From: Lytechinus pictus
Lineage: Eukaryota
Length of the DNA stretch: 64,000 nucleotides
Assembly: GCF_037042905.1 (NCBI RefSeq)
Contig: NC_087259.1
Location: 20,212,001 to 20,276,000 of the forward strand
Direction of reading: 5' to 3'
This document shows, piece after piece, positions 48,853-61,999 of the stretch. Position 1 is the first letter of the stretch, and each line of letters starts with the position of its first letter. Made by a program: the position numbers and the translations under genes. Under the pieces are notes generated by a model. The model was given only the letters and a program-made list of their open reading frames with translations, was not told where the DNA came from and made no database searches.

Positions 48853-51800
48853 AGGCAAAAATAAAAAGAAAGAAAGAAAGGAAGGAAAGAAGGAAGGAAG
48901 GAAGAAAGAAAGAAAGAAAGAAACGTTTTCACTTTAAAGCGAAGGTCATGATTTCGGTAACATTTCTTTATACTCTTTAGCATAGCTGCGGTGAAACTTT
49001 ACCATCAAGAAAGATGAAAATGCTGGGATGTTTATCATTTATTTATTCATCTATTCATTCATTTATTTATTTATCTATCTCTTTATTTATTTATTATTTA
49101 CTTATTAACTAATTAATTCATTTATTTATTTATTTTATTTAATCAATTAATTTGTTTATTTATTTATTTCATAGTATAGATATATGGCAAAGACCTATTT
49201 AGCCTATATATTCCTTTTTGGGGGTGGTCGATCTTGTCACTTCCACGTAGAGATGCCCCAAGTGGGGATGTGACATCATCAGCCCACCTAATGAATATTC
49301 ATGACGACTGTTTTCACAAAATATTGCTAAACTTTAAAATTCAGTAACTTTGTTATTTGTTATCCGATTTTGATGAAATTTTCGGCATTTTGCTTAGTGA
49401 ATTCTACTATATTTATTAAGCTATAAATACTTTCAGCCCGGACTATCCCTTTCAATATGAAATAGCTTTGATTTTGCTGGCTTTGTTCCTGTATAGTTTC
49501 CGGGAAAACCCCGTGATACAGATGGCTTATTTCTTTTAAAAAAAGGTCGTGGTAGGGCCCCCACGCTACGTTTCTGAAGGGGATTTTTTTTCTGCGGTAA
49601 TATTATGTAGGTGAAATCCATCCCCGGTGCGGCCTGGATGGGGGATATTATCCCCCTCCCTCACTATTTATGACGGAAACGTATTTTTGAACACCGATTA
49701 ATACTACCGTTAATGCGTGGATTAATCTTTAAATGCAGTAAAAGTACTGAAAGTAGCCTATAATTTTGCATTCTAAAAACGCACAATATATTTATCTCGA
49801 TGTCGCGATCAGCTCCCGCGCTTTTAAGAATTTGGAGGGGAATTCGGCCATGACAAATTCCTGTTTGGCTTTATTTCAAAGTTAAGTTATATATCTGCTG
49901 CACCGTTATGGCTAGCAAAACAATGACTTTTTAAAAATATGGTTATAATAATTGACGTGTGTGTGGATTGAGGGAGAGGTCCCGGGAGAGGTATATATAT
50001 AAATCTAAATCCCGTGGATATATGTCCTGGTATCTTTGTGGAACTTGGAAATGATAGGTATATACCTGTACCTACCTACCCCGCTACTTCAAGTTAAGTG
50101 ATGAGTTGCTCAGTATTGAAACACTTTAGGCACTGAGGTTGACAGCAGTAGGCATATTTCCCAAATACCTTTTCATTTTTATAGGAGACTTAAAATTCAA
50201 ATCACGTTAATAAACACAATATGAAAATATCGGACTTAAAAAAAAAAAAACGAACAAGGAACTTACAAAGTCATGACTTTTTTTAGATTGGCATTACTTG
50301 GGAGAAACAGTTTCTATGCATGATGATGTGACATCAATATCCACATATTCTATATATGCATTTACATTTTATTGTCCCCAAGAATATAATAAAATGGATT
50401 TACTCACGATTTAATGTGTAGGATAATCACAGCTGCAATTTGTTTGTGTGTTCCAATTAACTCTTAATGTGCCATTCACAGTAATCAGCAAGTGCCATTT
50501 TTTTCAGAGAGTCTATATTTAATTGTTTTATTAATAAAGAAATAGGGAATCACTCTGAGACAATAATGTTAAAAGTCTTGACCATAAGCTCAACTGAACA
50601 ATGGAATCACTCATGCATGCAATGCATTCCTCAAAATACAATAGGCATAACAATTAATAGCTGTATGACCATTGCACGAAAATGTGTTTGTGGCACTCCA
50701 GTGGATGCACAAATATGTGTTCATGGCACGTTGAGTGTTAAAGGGATGGTCCGGGCTGAAGATAATTATATCTTCATACATAGAGTAGAATTCATTGAGC
50801 AATATGCCGAAAATTTCATCAAAATCGGATAACAAATAATAAAGTGTTAAAGTTTAGCAATATTTTGTGAAAACAGTCGTCATGAATATTCATTAGATGG
50901 GCTGATGATGTCACATCTCCACTTTTCGTTTTCTTATGTTATCACATAAAATCATATTTTTTTCATTATTTCATACTTGTGTGAATAAAATGTCTCCCTT
51001 ATGATGAAATAAGTTGCAGGAATAAATATTTAATACACTAAATCAGTTGTCAATTCAATTTTTCTAGTTCTTGGAGGAAATTTTTTGAATAAACCTAATT
51101 TCATATAATAAAATACAAAAGAACAAGTGGAGATGTGACATCATGCATCAGCCCACCTAATGAATATTCATGACGACTGTTTTCGCAAAATATTGCTAAA
51201 CTTTAAAATTCAATAACTTTGCTATTTGTTATCCGATTTTGATGAAATTTTCGGCATTTTGCTCAGTGACTTCTACTCTATTTATTAAGCTATAAATACT
51301 TTCAGCCTGGACCATCCCTTTAAGGCCTGGGACTGGAGACATAATCGTTCACACATATCTGAAATCTTGTAGGCCTAAAAACAAAAAATTGGAGATAATC
51401 AGCCCATCGATATGCATGAGGTTGTGCATATAACGGTTTTTTTTAATAAAACATTGCCAAACTTTGAAATTCCATAAATTTGTTGTTTTTTCTAAAATTT
51501 TAATGAAATTTTCAGCGTTCCCCTTTGTCTGTGAATTTTACTCTGATCTAATTTTTTCTTTAGTGTATAATGGTCCGGAGTACCCCCTATTTTGACCTTT
51601 TTCCGTTTACTCCCTCTACGTTTGTCGATTTCATTGCAGTGATCTGAAACCAAAACATGTAAGTTTTTGGCATAGTTTTTCCCAATGTTATAAGGTAACC
51701 GTTGATCATTTAATTTTGTTTTGCATAAGTTTAACTTTGAATTTTACACGAATTGATGAAATCTTGTTTAGAACATTCACACGGCTTGGAACAGATTCGG

Positions 51801-54521
51801 CGCGGTGTGACGACTGACGGTGTCGGTGTGTACGGAACAGCTTGTTTGTGTTTTGCGGGACCATACCAGCGGCGGGTGCGGCCTATGCGGTCATTGGCGG
51901 TGGCATCGGCCGCCACGCACGCCGTGTTAATGGTGAAGACAGTATTTTGCAGCAAACCATTAATTATTTCATGAGAAAGTCTTAAAATCAAGGTTAATTG
52001 TCAAAATACTATCATACATCTAGATCTGATCATTAGATTAATGTCAACAACATCATCATAACTTGCACAGATTCGACAGCTTAATCATGTTGTTAATCAT
52101 CAGATCATGATTAATATTAATATTTTATTTTTAACGTTAACGCAATAACGCCAACGGTTAAGCTTTTCTGCATATATTTTTAATTGTTCTTTTCACAGAA
52201 TGATATTTGCACCAATGTTATTTGTCTATTTTTAAATGCAATGGTCATTTTCAAATTCCATCTCAAAGATTCACAAAATCTTGAAATGTATCGCCATGTT
52301 TCACGGCCGAGATTCAACATCCCCTGCCCTTCCTTCGACATAGCACATCGCGCGTTCAAAAGTCAATGCGTGCAAGAGCCGCTGAATTGCGCCGCACCAC
52401 ATGTGATGTGCAACCCGAAAGTTGTAGCGGTCATTCGCTATTACATTGCGATCGGGGCCCCTGTCGAATGAAGGCGACCTGCAAGCATGCCGTGACTTGA
52501 CTTGAATTCAATGCCGTTGAATTTTTCTTTCTTTTTCTTGTTTGATTGGAAATTTTGAAGATACATGTATGATCTGTACTTTGCGAGAAAGTTTTCGTAC
52601 TCGGAACAGAACCAAGGATTTCATTTTTGGCGCATTTTTCAGCGACCTTGCTTCTTATAAAGGGATGCTTCAGGCTGAGAATAATATGATTTAAACAGAT
52701 TAAGAAAAATCAGAAAAACACTGAAAAATTGAGGGAAAAAATCGGACTAGGACTAACAAAGTTATGGCATTTTAAAGATTTGCATTATTCTGGTGAAGCA
52801 GTTTCAGGCATGTCTTTTCTTGTCTTGGGTTAAGTCGGCATATGCAGACTTGCTGTACTCCGCCAACTTTATTGATGTGTGTGAGGTCACCAAGTAAGCA
52901 GGTCACTTGCTAGGTTTTTGATTGAGTTTGGATTTGAAAGAGTCCAATGAGTTTATCAATATTGTGTCCATGTTTAACTCGTTCCAATCTTTGGTAGTTC
53001 GAGGGAAGAAGCTGTATGTATGAGCATCCCTTTTGACTAGCAGACGCTGGAGCTTGATACTATTTCCTCTAGTCTGCCGGGTGTTTTGCTGGATGAAGTT
53101 TTTGGGGTTGATGGCAACAAGACCTTTGGGTGTAATCTCTTTCTGTAGGAATCTGTACTGCCTTGGATGGTATTTTCATGATGACACATTTGGCTGGATT
53201 GAAAGACATGGCCCATTTATTCTGCCACTCTTCTAGTTTTGACAGATCGTCTTCATGAGAAGCAACTTTCTTTTTTTATGATGTCATATCCCCACTTGTT
53301 CTTTTGTATTTTATTATATGAAGTTATGTTTATTGAAATATTTTTCTATCAAGAACACTTGCTCACTAGGCCTATTGCTCATTGCAACCATCCTGCCTCT
53401 GGGGAACCTACAGTTAGGACTATGGTATGCCAATGCAGTACACAGCACACACTTAAAAAAAAACATTAAAATATCACTTTTGTGACCTAAATACTAATTT
53501 CCGTACAGTTGCAATTTATTTTTCATTAGTATTTTGGGAATTATTTCTGTATTCACCAGAGCGCTCAAAATCTTGAATTTTGGGCATATTTTTGCGTACG
53601 CCCTCTATTGGTGGAAAGTAATATGGCAAGAAAATCGTCATTTTTCAATCTCTGTTTTTAATTTAGAAGAAATAATTAAAAGAATAGAATTTACTTAGGA
53701 GCCAAGTTACATGATGAATGGCTGTAATGAAAACTGACAGTGACAATGTCAAAAAATCAAACATTTGTCCCAAAGAAAAAAAGAAAATAAGCCAAACGTT
53801 GCCAACCTTATTTTGCCACACATGGAGTAGTAGCAGAGAACAAGGTTATATCATATAACCTTGTTCATTGAATGAGTGACCAAGAACTGAAAAAAATATA
53901 ATAATAATAACGGCATATTTACCCAGGGTACAGTGTAGCCACTTCAGTTCCGAAAACTGTTATTAACTAATTTAGGACTTTCTGGTGGTACATGTAAGTG
54001 ATAGTGCCTACATACATGTATACATATAACAAGTGGAAAGCCTCTGGATGTCTCACCTGCACTACGCGATGCAATATAGCAGCAGTGCTGACTTTGAAAA
54101 CAGCTATTGGATAATGATTCACAAAAGAAAACACTCATATGATAATAAAATACTATGTCCATTGACCCAACATGACCTTTGACTATGATCATGTGACCTA
54201 AAGGCTAAGTTGTGTGCAAAACAATCATTCATGCTTGATTACCCTTATATCTATGTTTCATGAACTACATGTGTAGATCCATAAACTTTATGTTCTGATG
54301 CCAATTTAACAAATACCCCAACACAGCCAAAGTTCATTGACGTTAAATGACTTTTGATCTTGGTCATGAAACACGCACAGGATATTCAGGGATACCTGGT
54401 TACTCTTTTGTCCAAGTTTCATGAACTATATAAACTTTTAAAGTTATGACAAATCCACAAATACCCCCAACATTATCAAAGTTTGTTGACCCTAAATGAC
54501 CTTTGACCTTGGTCATGTGAC
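48849..54521 (+). repeat. Tandem segmental duplication, copy 2 (~5.67 kb; lacks 880 bp equivalent to 42711-43590)
   Basis: Junction microhomology TGAC (42300-42303 = 48849-48852 = 54518-54521). Deletion junction at 49259/49260. Confidence 0.95.
50742..51319. mobile_element. Kolobok-like MITE (duplicate of 45073-45650)
   Basis: Same sequence offset by 5669. Confidence 0.85.
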
Positions 54522-54680
54522 CTGAAACTGCACAGGATGTTCAGGGATACTTAATTGCTATTATAAAAAATGTCTAAGTTTCATGAACTAGATCCATAAA
54601 ATTCCAAATTTATGATGACCATTCCACAAATACCCCTAATATGTTCAAAGGGCGTTGACCTCAAGTGACCTTTGACCTTG
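54028..54680 (-). mobile_element. HINE fragment
   Basis: Same as the 48359 copy but continues ~160 bp past the duplication end. Confidence 0.75.
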
Positions 54681-55719
54681 ATTGGGACAAGTCAGAATAT
54701 TTCATTTAATACAAGAGGAATATGCCGTAAAATTAATGGCAGATGGGAGGTTCTTTAACAAAGGGTGCAAATGAGCATTGATATGAAAAATTCTTTCATT
54801 TGCTTCAGGTGGCTGAGCTTACATCATATAGACCTGGTGAATGCAGTGAAAATTTGCTTGGTAACCGCCTGGGGGGGGGGCACTTTGATTTGGAAAGGGT
54901 AGGGGTATGCGACCCCAAAATTTGAAACCATACCATTAAGAACTGAAGTTGAGCTATGAAATGAGGGGCTTGAGGACTAGATGCCTCTCTGAAAATGGGG
55001 GTGCTTGGAAACTGGAATTTAACATGACATGGGGGGGTCTTTGGCTTAGGAACAGGGGAAAACGGGTTGGGCAATGAAAAAGAGTGAAAATGATATCCTT
55101 AGGAACTGCTGAAATCAACGCAATGTACTTGAAATCATCCATTGTATGACTGGCCTTGTATTACATAACCGAACACGGGCATATTTGAAATGAGAGGCTT
55201 AGGAACAGGGAAAAATGGGTAGGGCAATGAAAAAGGGTGAAAATGATAACATTGGGAACTGCTGGCATTCTGGCAAGGCATGAAAAGGGGTCCTTAAGGG
55301 CCTCACACATACCCGGACCGCCATTACACGTGAATGAGTGATGGGGGGTTAACCATCTCTCATTTCTCAGAATATTTCTTAGTGAAGTGAAAGTTCATAC
55401 TTGTTTGCCCTACATGTACATGTACATGGATGATCCTTAACTCTAACATGGGTTGAATAGAAATAGAAGTAAAAAAACTAAAAAAAAACACCCTATTCAG
55501 GATTATTTTTGCCCTTAAACCGTATAATTTCCCTTCTCTGTATTTTATTCATAGTGCTTCATGATCATCCTGAATACTGAAAGAAAAATTAACGCAAAGT
55601 CATCACTACTTGATGTCCTACTTGATGTAGGTAACTACATGTAGACAAAGGGTCTTTCCCTCCTGGAATTGCATCGAGAAAGAAGTAGTTAATGTACACC
55701 ATCTCCTGAGGAGAGTGAG

Positions 55720-58700
55720 ATGGGGAGGAGTAAGAAAGAGCTGTCCAGGTTAGCCTCTGGCATCTTCATCCGCTTCTTTCACACCGCCCTCACAGTCGGT
55801 ATCTTCTGTGTGCTGATCTTCAATGATACAGGTCAGTACCAGTCCATCACAATTAAATGATTATGATGTTGTTAACAATTTCTTGTTGTTTTTTCTTACT
55901 ACTTTTGTTTATATTAAAAGCATGCAATGGACATTTTTTATTGCATTTATTGGGTGGTTTTTCTCGCCTTGCATGAACGCTGTAAAGAATGATGTTGAGG
56001 TGTGTCTGGGCCCTGTTTCACAAAGACTTGATAACAATAACACAATGTACAATGTTTTGTGTCATTTCTTTCAGAGTTACGGAATGCATTAACTGGGAAG
56101 AACATTATTTATGGGGTAGCCTTCATATGCTTACTTCTTGCGACCAGTGTACTCTACTTTATAGCCAGCTTGATGAACCCAGGCTATGTCATTCTCGACG
56201 TAGAAATGGTGAGTTTAGTCAGAGTGTATCATTACTGTGGAGCGTCGTGGCCCAGTGGATTAGTCACCGGACTTTGAAACAGAGGATCGTGGGTTCAAAT
56301 CCCAGCCATGGCATAGTTTCCTGCAGCAAGGAATTCATCCTTAGTGTGCTGCACTCGACCCAGATGAGGTAAATGGGTACCGGCAGGATGTAATTCCTCA
56401 AAAAGCTGTGTGCGCCTTAATAGGTAGCCTAGCTTAGCCGGGGTAATAATATTAGCAGGGCCCACTGGGAGAACAGTTTTCAGAACTGAAGTGGCTACCC
56501 TGGGTAAATATACCGTTATTATTATTATTATTATTATTAAAAAAAGAGTTAAGTGTGACTTAGAGTCATGCTTAAATGCTGACACACGCATGATATGTAA
56601 CATGCAATATTATTGATTAATATGCAGTAGCATGTGTTTTCTCAGCATAGTTTGACCAAGGCAGCGATGCCTTTTATAGCGCACGCAACTTGGAATTTAA
56701 GTGGGACACCCCCCTGGTGTTGTAAATTGTGTATAGAGACTGCACAAATTGTTCCAAAATTTCAGAACTCTTTAAAGGGATAGTTCATCCTGACATCAAT
56801 TTGTTTTAATATTTGAAAGCTAAACAATTTAGAAAAGCACTTTATAGAAGGGATGATGATAATCCGATCAAAGAAAAACAGGCTTAAAATGTTTTGATTC
56901 TATGACATGTTCCATGCTTCATGTTCCCTTTTTTTAATATGATTCCATTAATTTCCATTCATTAGTGTTTCATTATGACTGAAAATATTTTTTTTCATAG
57001 GATCATGTATGAAATAATGTGTTTGACGATTTAATGAATGAATTCAAAGATAAACTGCTCCTAAAGTTCAGATAAAATGGTATTTGTTGCAATATTACAC
57101 ATATATATGAAATACAGGGTACCTGCCCCCATTTGACTTCACATTATTGATCCACAATTCTGTTATTCTTTGATCGATTTTTGTCAAATCATCTTTTTTG
57201 TTCTGCTTTTATTGACATCCACTTGACACCATGGTGAGATTCCCCTTTGATTTAATACCTGTATTATGTTGTGGTTAATCTAAACATTTCTCATTTTGGA
57301 TTCTTAGTCATAAAAAAATAAATATTGAAAATTTGCAAGTATACCCAATTCTGGCCTATGAGACACTAAAAACAATCCTGACTTGACCCAACCCCTCTAT
57401 TGTAGTTGTTATTTCATATCTTGAGATTACTAAAAACTCTCAAAATTTGTTAGAATATCCAGTCACGTAGATGGATAAAGCACAGACTTTCATATCAATA
57501 CTGCGTATTCTATTTGATTGTAAAGTCATTAATTTACAAATAAAACCCCCTTTTTTTAATGAAATGCCCAAGAATGAATTGCATGAATGAATGAAATCGT
57601 ATCGTTTTATGTGACATTCCTAGAATGGGTGGAGTCAAGTGGATTCCAGTGACGAAGAAACGGCGGAGGAATCAGAAGGGGACGGCAACGACGAAAGACA
57701 GAAAATGGTCAAAGATAAAAAGGCAAAGGATAAATCACAAAGAAAGTGCAGTTACTGTAATATTAAGGTAAGTACCAAATGGATATTTTGAATTACATTA
57801 TGTAATATTCTGGTTGATGTTATTGCTAAAATTGATGATCAATTTGTCTGTCCTTAGATTTATTATTGTTAATTCAGTGCATAGCGATTAATCGTATGCT
57901 TGATTATCATGATTGATGGTACATTGTAGTCATTGGAATCAATGGTAGAAAAATGTTCTACGATCATTGCTAAGCTTTGTGTTACGGGCCCCAGGTGTAT
58001 GGATTTCAGTAATTATTAGTGATCACTACTTACAAAAAAAAAATGAATAGAATGCTGCCAAGCTGCTTCCGACTATCCACATGTTGATTGGTTGATTGGT
58101 GGGGATTTTTTTCCTGATTGCTAAGAAAGCATGAATGCTTGTAAGCAAGCAACCAGAGGACCGACGGCTTAAGGTCCTCTCCGTAGGACCTGGTAATGAG
58201 GATTAATGCCTTACCAATGGGCACTAGCGCACCAAGTGGGAATCGATCCCGGGTCACCGGAATACGAATCCCCCGCTCTACCGACTGAGTTATCGCGCCT
58301 CCTCGATTGGTTGTTTCTCATAACCATCTCATTTGAAACTTCCTAGACCACCTGGAGAATATTGTATTGGTGATATAACACACATGTTAATAGGATGTCC
58401 ACAAACTACCTTTAAAGTAAACATTTTTTTGTCAGTACTATTAAATGTAAAGGAAAATACACATTTTCAGCCCCTGTCGTACCATATACCCCACTTTCTT
58501 AGGTTCCAGGTGGGTGTTTCATAAAGCTGTTCGTAAGTTAAGAGCGACGTTAAGAACGACTGGTGATCCTTTCTTACGCGCTAAATAATCACCACCATAT
58601 AATGGTGAACATCATTTACTACAAGAAAGGATCACCAGTCGTTCTTAAAGTCGCTCTTAACTTACGGACAGCGTTATGAAACGGGCCCCAGGTTTGGCAG

Positions 58701-60675
58701 GTATGTGTAAAGCATGATATTGAACTCTTTAGAAACAATGGCCTGTATCTTGAGGTCGAGTTTAACTTAGACCATGGTCTAACTCTGTGCTAAATTATGG
58801 GAAGCCAAACATGTTAAAATTTTGTTTACATTGTATGCTTCTTATGTTTACTGTGCTCTTTCCTAATTCTTTCATAGTGAAGACAAGTATCTTATTTATC
58901 CTTCCCAGGCAGATGATAATGATTTGAGAGTCAAATGAGCTGATTCATTGAACCTGTACTGTTAGGATTTATGTCACAATTGGCTATCAATAGTTAAACC
59001 ACAACTTTAGACCAGAGTTTAAATTAAACCTGACTTTTGGGGGGTATATTGCCAATTTTTCTACTGTCAACTCGTCCACTCACCACATGGACTACTTTCA
59101 AATTTGCATTAAACGAATTGGAAATGAACCTATTTTTTCTCTTGCTCAACAGCAACCGGCGAGAACAAAACACTGCGAGGACTGCGGGAGATGCGTACGA
59201 CGGTTCGATCACCATTGTCCATGGCTAGAGAATTGTGTAGGAGAACGTAATCATAGGTTCTTCTGGCTCTTTCTTCTATGTCAAGCAGCTATCATTATCT
59301 GGGCTATTAGAATTACTTGGTAGGTGGGCTACTCATATTTATCTTTGTTTTCATTGCAGGCAAGATTTACTTGTAGGGAATTTAACCCTAAAAAATTATA
59401 GACTGGGCTATTTCTACACCTAAGAAGAGGGGGGGGGGGCTGATTCAGCCCCCCTTATGATCTCGGCTGTCGATCGCTACAAAAATTGGCGCATGCGTTA
59501 CCCATGGCATAATCTACAAAACTATAAGATCAAATTCTGTGAAAAATCTCATTGCTGATTAATTATGCTAATTTATGTGTGAAATCAATGTTTGCTCTAA
59601 TTAACTCAATAATGCCCCGAAAAGGCTCTTTTTGGTTCACAGGCTCTATATAAGAATCAGATCAAATGTTCTTTTAACAAATTTCAACATAATATTTATT
59701 TTCTTATGTATTGTTTTCTAAATGTATTTCTTTGTTTTCTACTTTTGTTTTTATTGTTTTTTTTTATTGACTTTATTTTGACCATAAACAAGATGAAATT
59801 AATTTATTTCAATCAGTAAAAGGAAAAATAATGATACTGAAATTTTTGGCTGAAAACACTATTTGCATTGGATTTGTACATGAATCCAAGTTTTTGAGCA
59901 ATTTTGGGTCTGCATGCACTTACAAAATGTTGCATGATTTTGGAAAGTTGCGTGAGAAGTAAAAAGTCAGCGAACAACGCGGTCAAACAAATGTGCGCGG
60001 CGTATTTATCACAAAAAATGTTGAAGGTGGTTGATTGCATCATAAGATTGGTTTGGAAGTCATTTTTGTATCTATTAAAGGAGTGTGGAACATGTGATGC
60101 ACTGCGACAAATCAACAACAAAAAATGGCCAAGGATTTTGGGGAAAATGTAAAATTTTGATTTGATGAAAAAAAGAAGTGAGTGGCATCGGCAGAGTTAG
60201 ACCATGGCCTATAAAGTTAAACCAAACTTCACAATACTGGCCATTATCATCTATTGATTGAAGCTCCAATGTCATGGTATTGCAATATTATTGTCATATC
60301 ATGAAGCCTACATGTTTCTCACCCCTTGTAAGATATTATCTTGTTCCTTTCAGGGGTGGATTCTACTGGCATCCAACCATTCAGGATTGGTTACGCGCTA
60401 ACGCACTCTACCTGATCTGCATGCTTGTACTGAGCCTCGGTGCAGCGGCCGTCATCTCGTTACTCTGCTGCCATACTTTCATGCTCTTCACAAACCAAAC
60501 CACCTGGGAATTCATGTCTCGGCATCGCATCACGTACCTGCGAAACCTGGACGAGTCGGTGAACCCGTTCGACGAGGGATACTGTCGCAATGGACTCAAG
60601 TTCTTCTGCTACTGCCCGTACCGCAGTTGGGATGTCATGTTGGTGAAGTATAGCGATCTTAAGAATGCCTCATAA
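55720..60675 (+). CDS. ZDHHC12: Palmitoyltransferase ZDHHC12-like (DHHC-CRD), 5 coding exons, ~292 aa
   Basis: Exons 55720-55831, 56075-56208, 57624-57767, 59153-59319, 60354-60675. All GT-AG, 879 nt in frame. [24 protein letters not shown] matches the ZDHHC12 N-terminus; also [71 protein letters not shown]. Confidence 0.93.
56239..56538 (+). mobile_element. tRNA-derived SINE (family A head)
   Basis: GGAGCGTCGTGGCCCAGTGG...GGTTCAAATCCC, CACTCGACCCAGATGAGGTAAATGGGTACC, (TTA)n tail. Confidence 0.85.
58084..58302 (-). mobile_element. tRNA-derived SINE (family B)
   Basis: Minus-strand head GGAGGCGCGATAACTCAGTCGGTAGAGCG...GGATCGATTCCC, central GGAGAGGACCTTAAGCCGTCGGTCC, (CAAT/CAAC)n tail. Confidence 0.8.
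58510..58688. mobile_element. PIF/Harbinger-like palindromic MITE
   Basis: CAG TSD. Arms GTTTCATAAAGCTGTTCGTAAGTTAAGAGCGAC / GTCGCTCTTAACTTACGGACAGCGTTATGAAAC. Confidence 0.8.
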
Positions 60676-61999
60676 GACATGACCACTACGACGTTTCCTT
60701 TCCCGCAGTTGCTGTGCCATTAGTTCATTTAAAGCCTCCGAAAACATGACAATGTACATTATGGTATGTACTTATGGGAAATATATGTGCAGTTTTGTAG
60801 TTGTAAGTCACCAAGAGTTAATGAATCATGCAGCACTAAGTCAAATAATAAAATAAGCTGTAATTGTTTTTGTATCTATTTATTTTTTGAACTTCATGAG
60901 ACCAACATTACGAACAAATTTTGCTTTTACATTCATTGTTGTAAAGCCATTTCTTAAAATTGCTGTATAGTGAAAACATCTGTAGATATCCAAAACTTTT
61001 AGATTGTACATTCCACAAGATATCAGTCAACCACCTTTGAGCGACATGATATTTATGTCTTACACATGGTATGAAAACTGAATTTGACATTCAAGTTGGA
61101 AATGCAGAAAACTAGTATTTCTGCTTTAGCGTCTGATGAGCTGTTGATTTGGCAATCTTGCAGATTCTCGCGATAAACATAAAGCAATGCCAAATCTGGC
61201 AACATCCAAATATGAACTAGGCTGTGCCCAGCTTAACAACATAACTTACATTAGGCACGCTTTCTGTAATTCCTAACATGTGCAATACGATCATTACATA
61301 TGTACATTTATGTTTGAGATATCAGCACAAAACTTTAACACTTAAAAATTTTACATACAAAACTCTAACGAAAACAAAACGCAAACATACGCTTACTGAT
61401 TACAGGAAAAGATATTTGCTGGTAATATATCCATCTAATTATTAGATAAAACAAACACTATACATATTCACATAATAATCTTATTAAAAATGATTTTCAT
61501 ACTTGCTTATAAAGTACTTAACACTTACTTTTAATACTTTATTCAAAGTTCTAAAAGTTAATGGAACATGTTTCAAGCTCAGAACCGTTATCATCACACT
61601 TATCTAGAATTTTTTAAGTAAGCTAGTCGGAATGGGTTACTACTGAGGGTCTCAGAGCTGATGAATAGGTTGATTTCATATGATTGATTTGATTTATTTT
61701 ATTTCAACACAGTAAAATGGCCCTCGATCAGCCATTTGATGTTCTTTAGAAAGGCTTTGCATGTAATATGAAAAACAAATAATCAAATCATAACAATGAT
61801 AAAACAAAGCCAAAACTTATATACAAAACCAAAAGAAAGAAACAAATATAATGAACAAAAACGAAAACAGCAAACAAAATAAGGTAAAAAATGATAATCA
61901 AGATTACAAGACCTTTTCAACTTTAGATTGTGCCTTTTATGTTCTGCCAATGAAATGAACTCAAGGACTGGAAGATAAGGTTACTATTTTGAGCAAAGT

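Noticed and set aside
43764-54192. Paired identical small ORFs suggesting a gene cluster
   Set aside because: They arise from the segmental duplication and MITEs, mostly have non-ATG starts, and show no recognisable domains.
56239-56315. tRNA-like sequences (also ~12680-12752 and ~58230-58302)
   Set aside because: They continue into shared SINE bodies with simple-repeat tails and lack a clean acceptor stem, so they are SINE heads, not tRNA genes.
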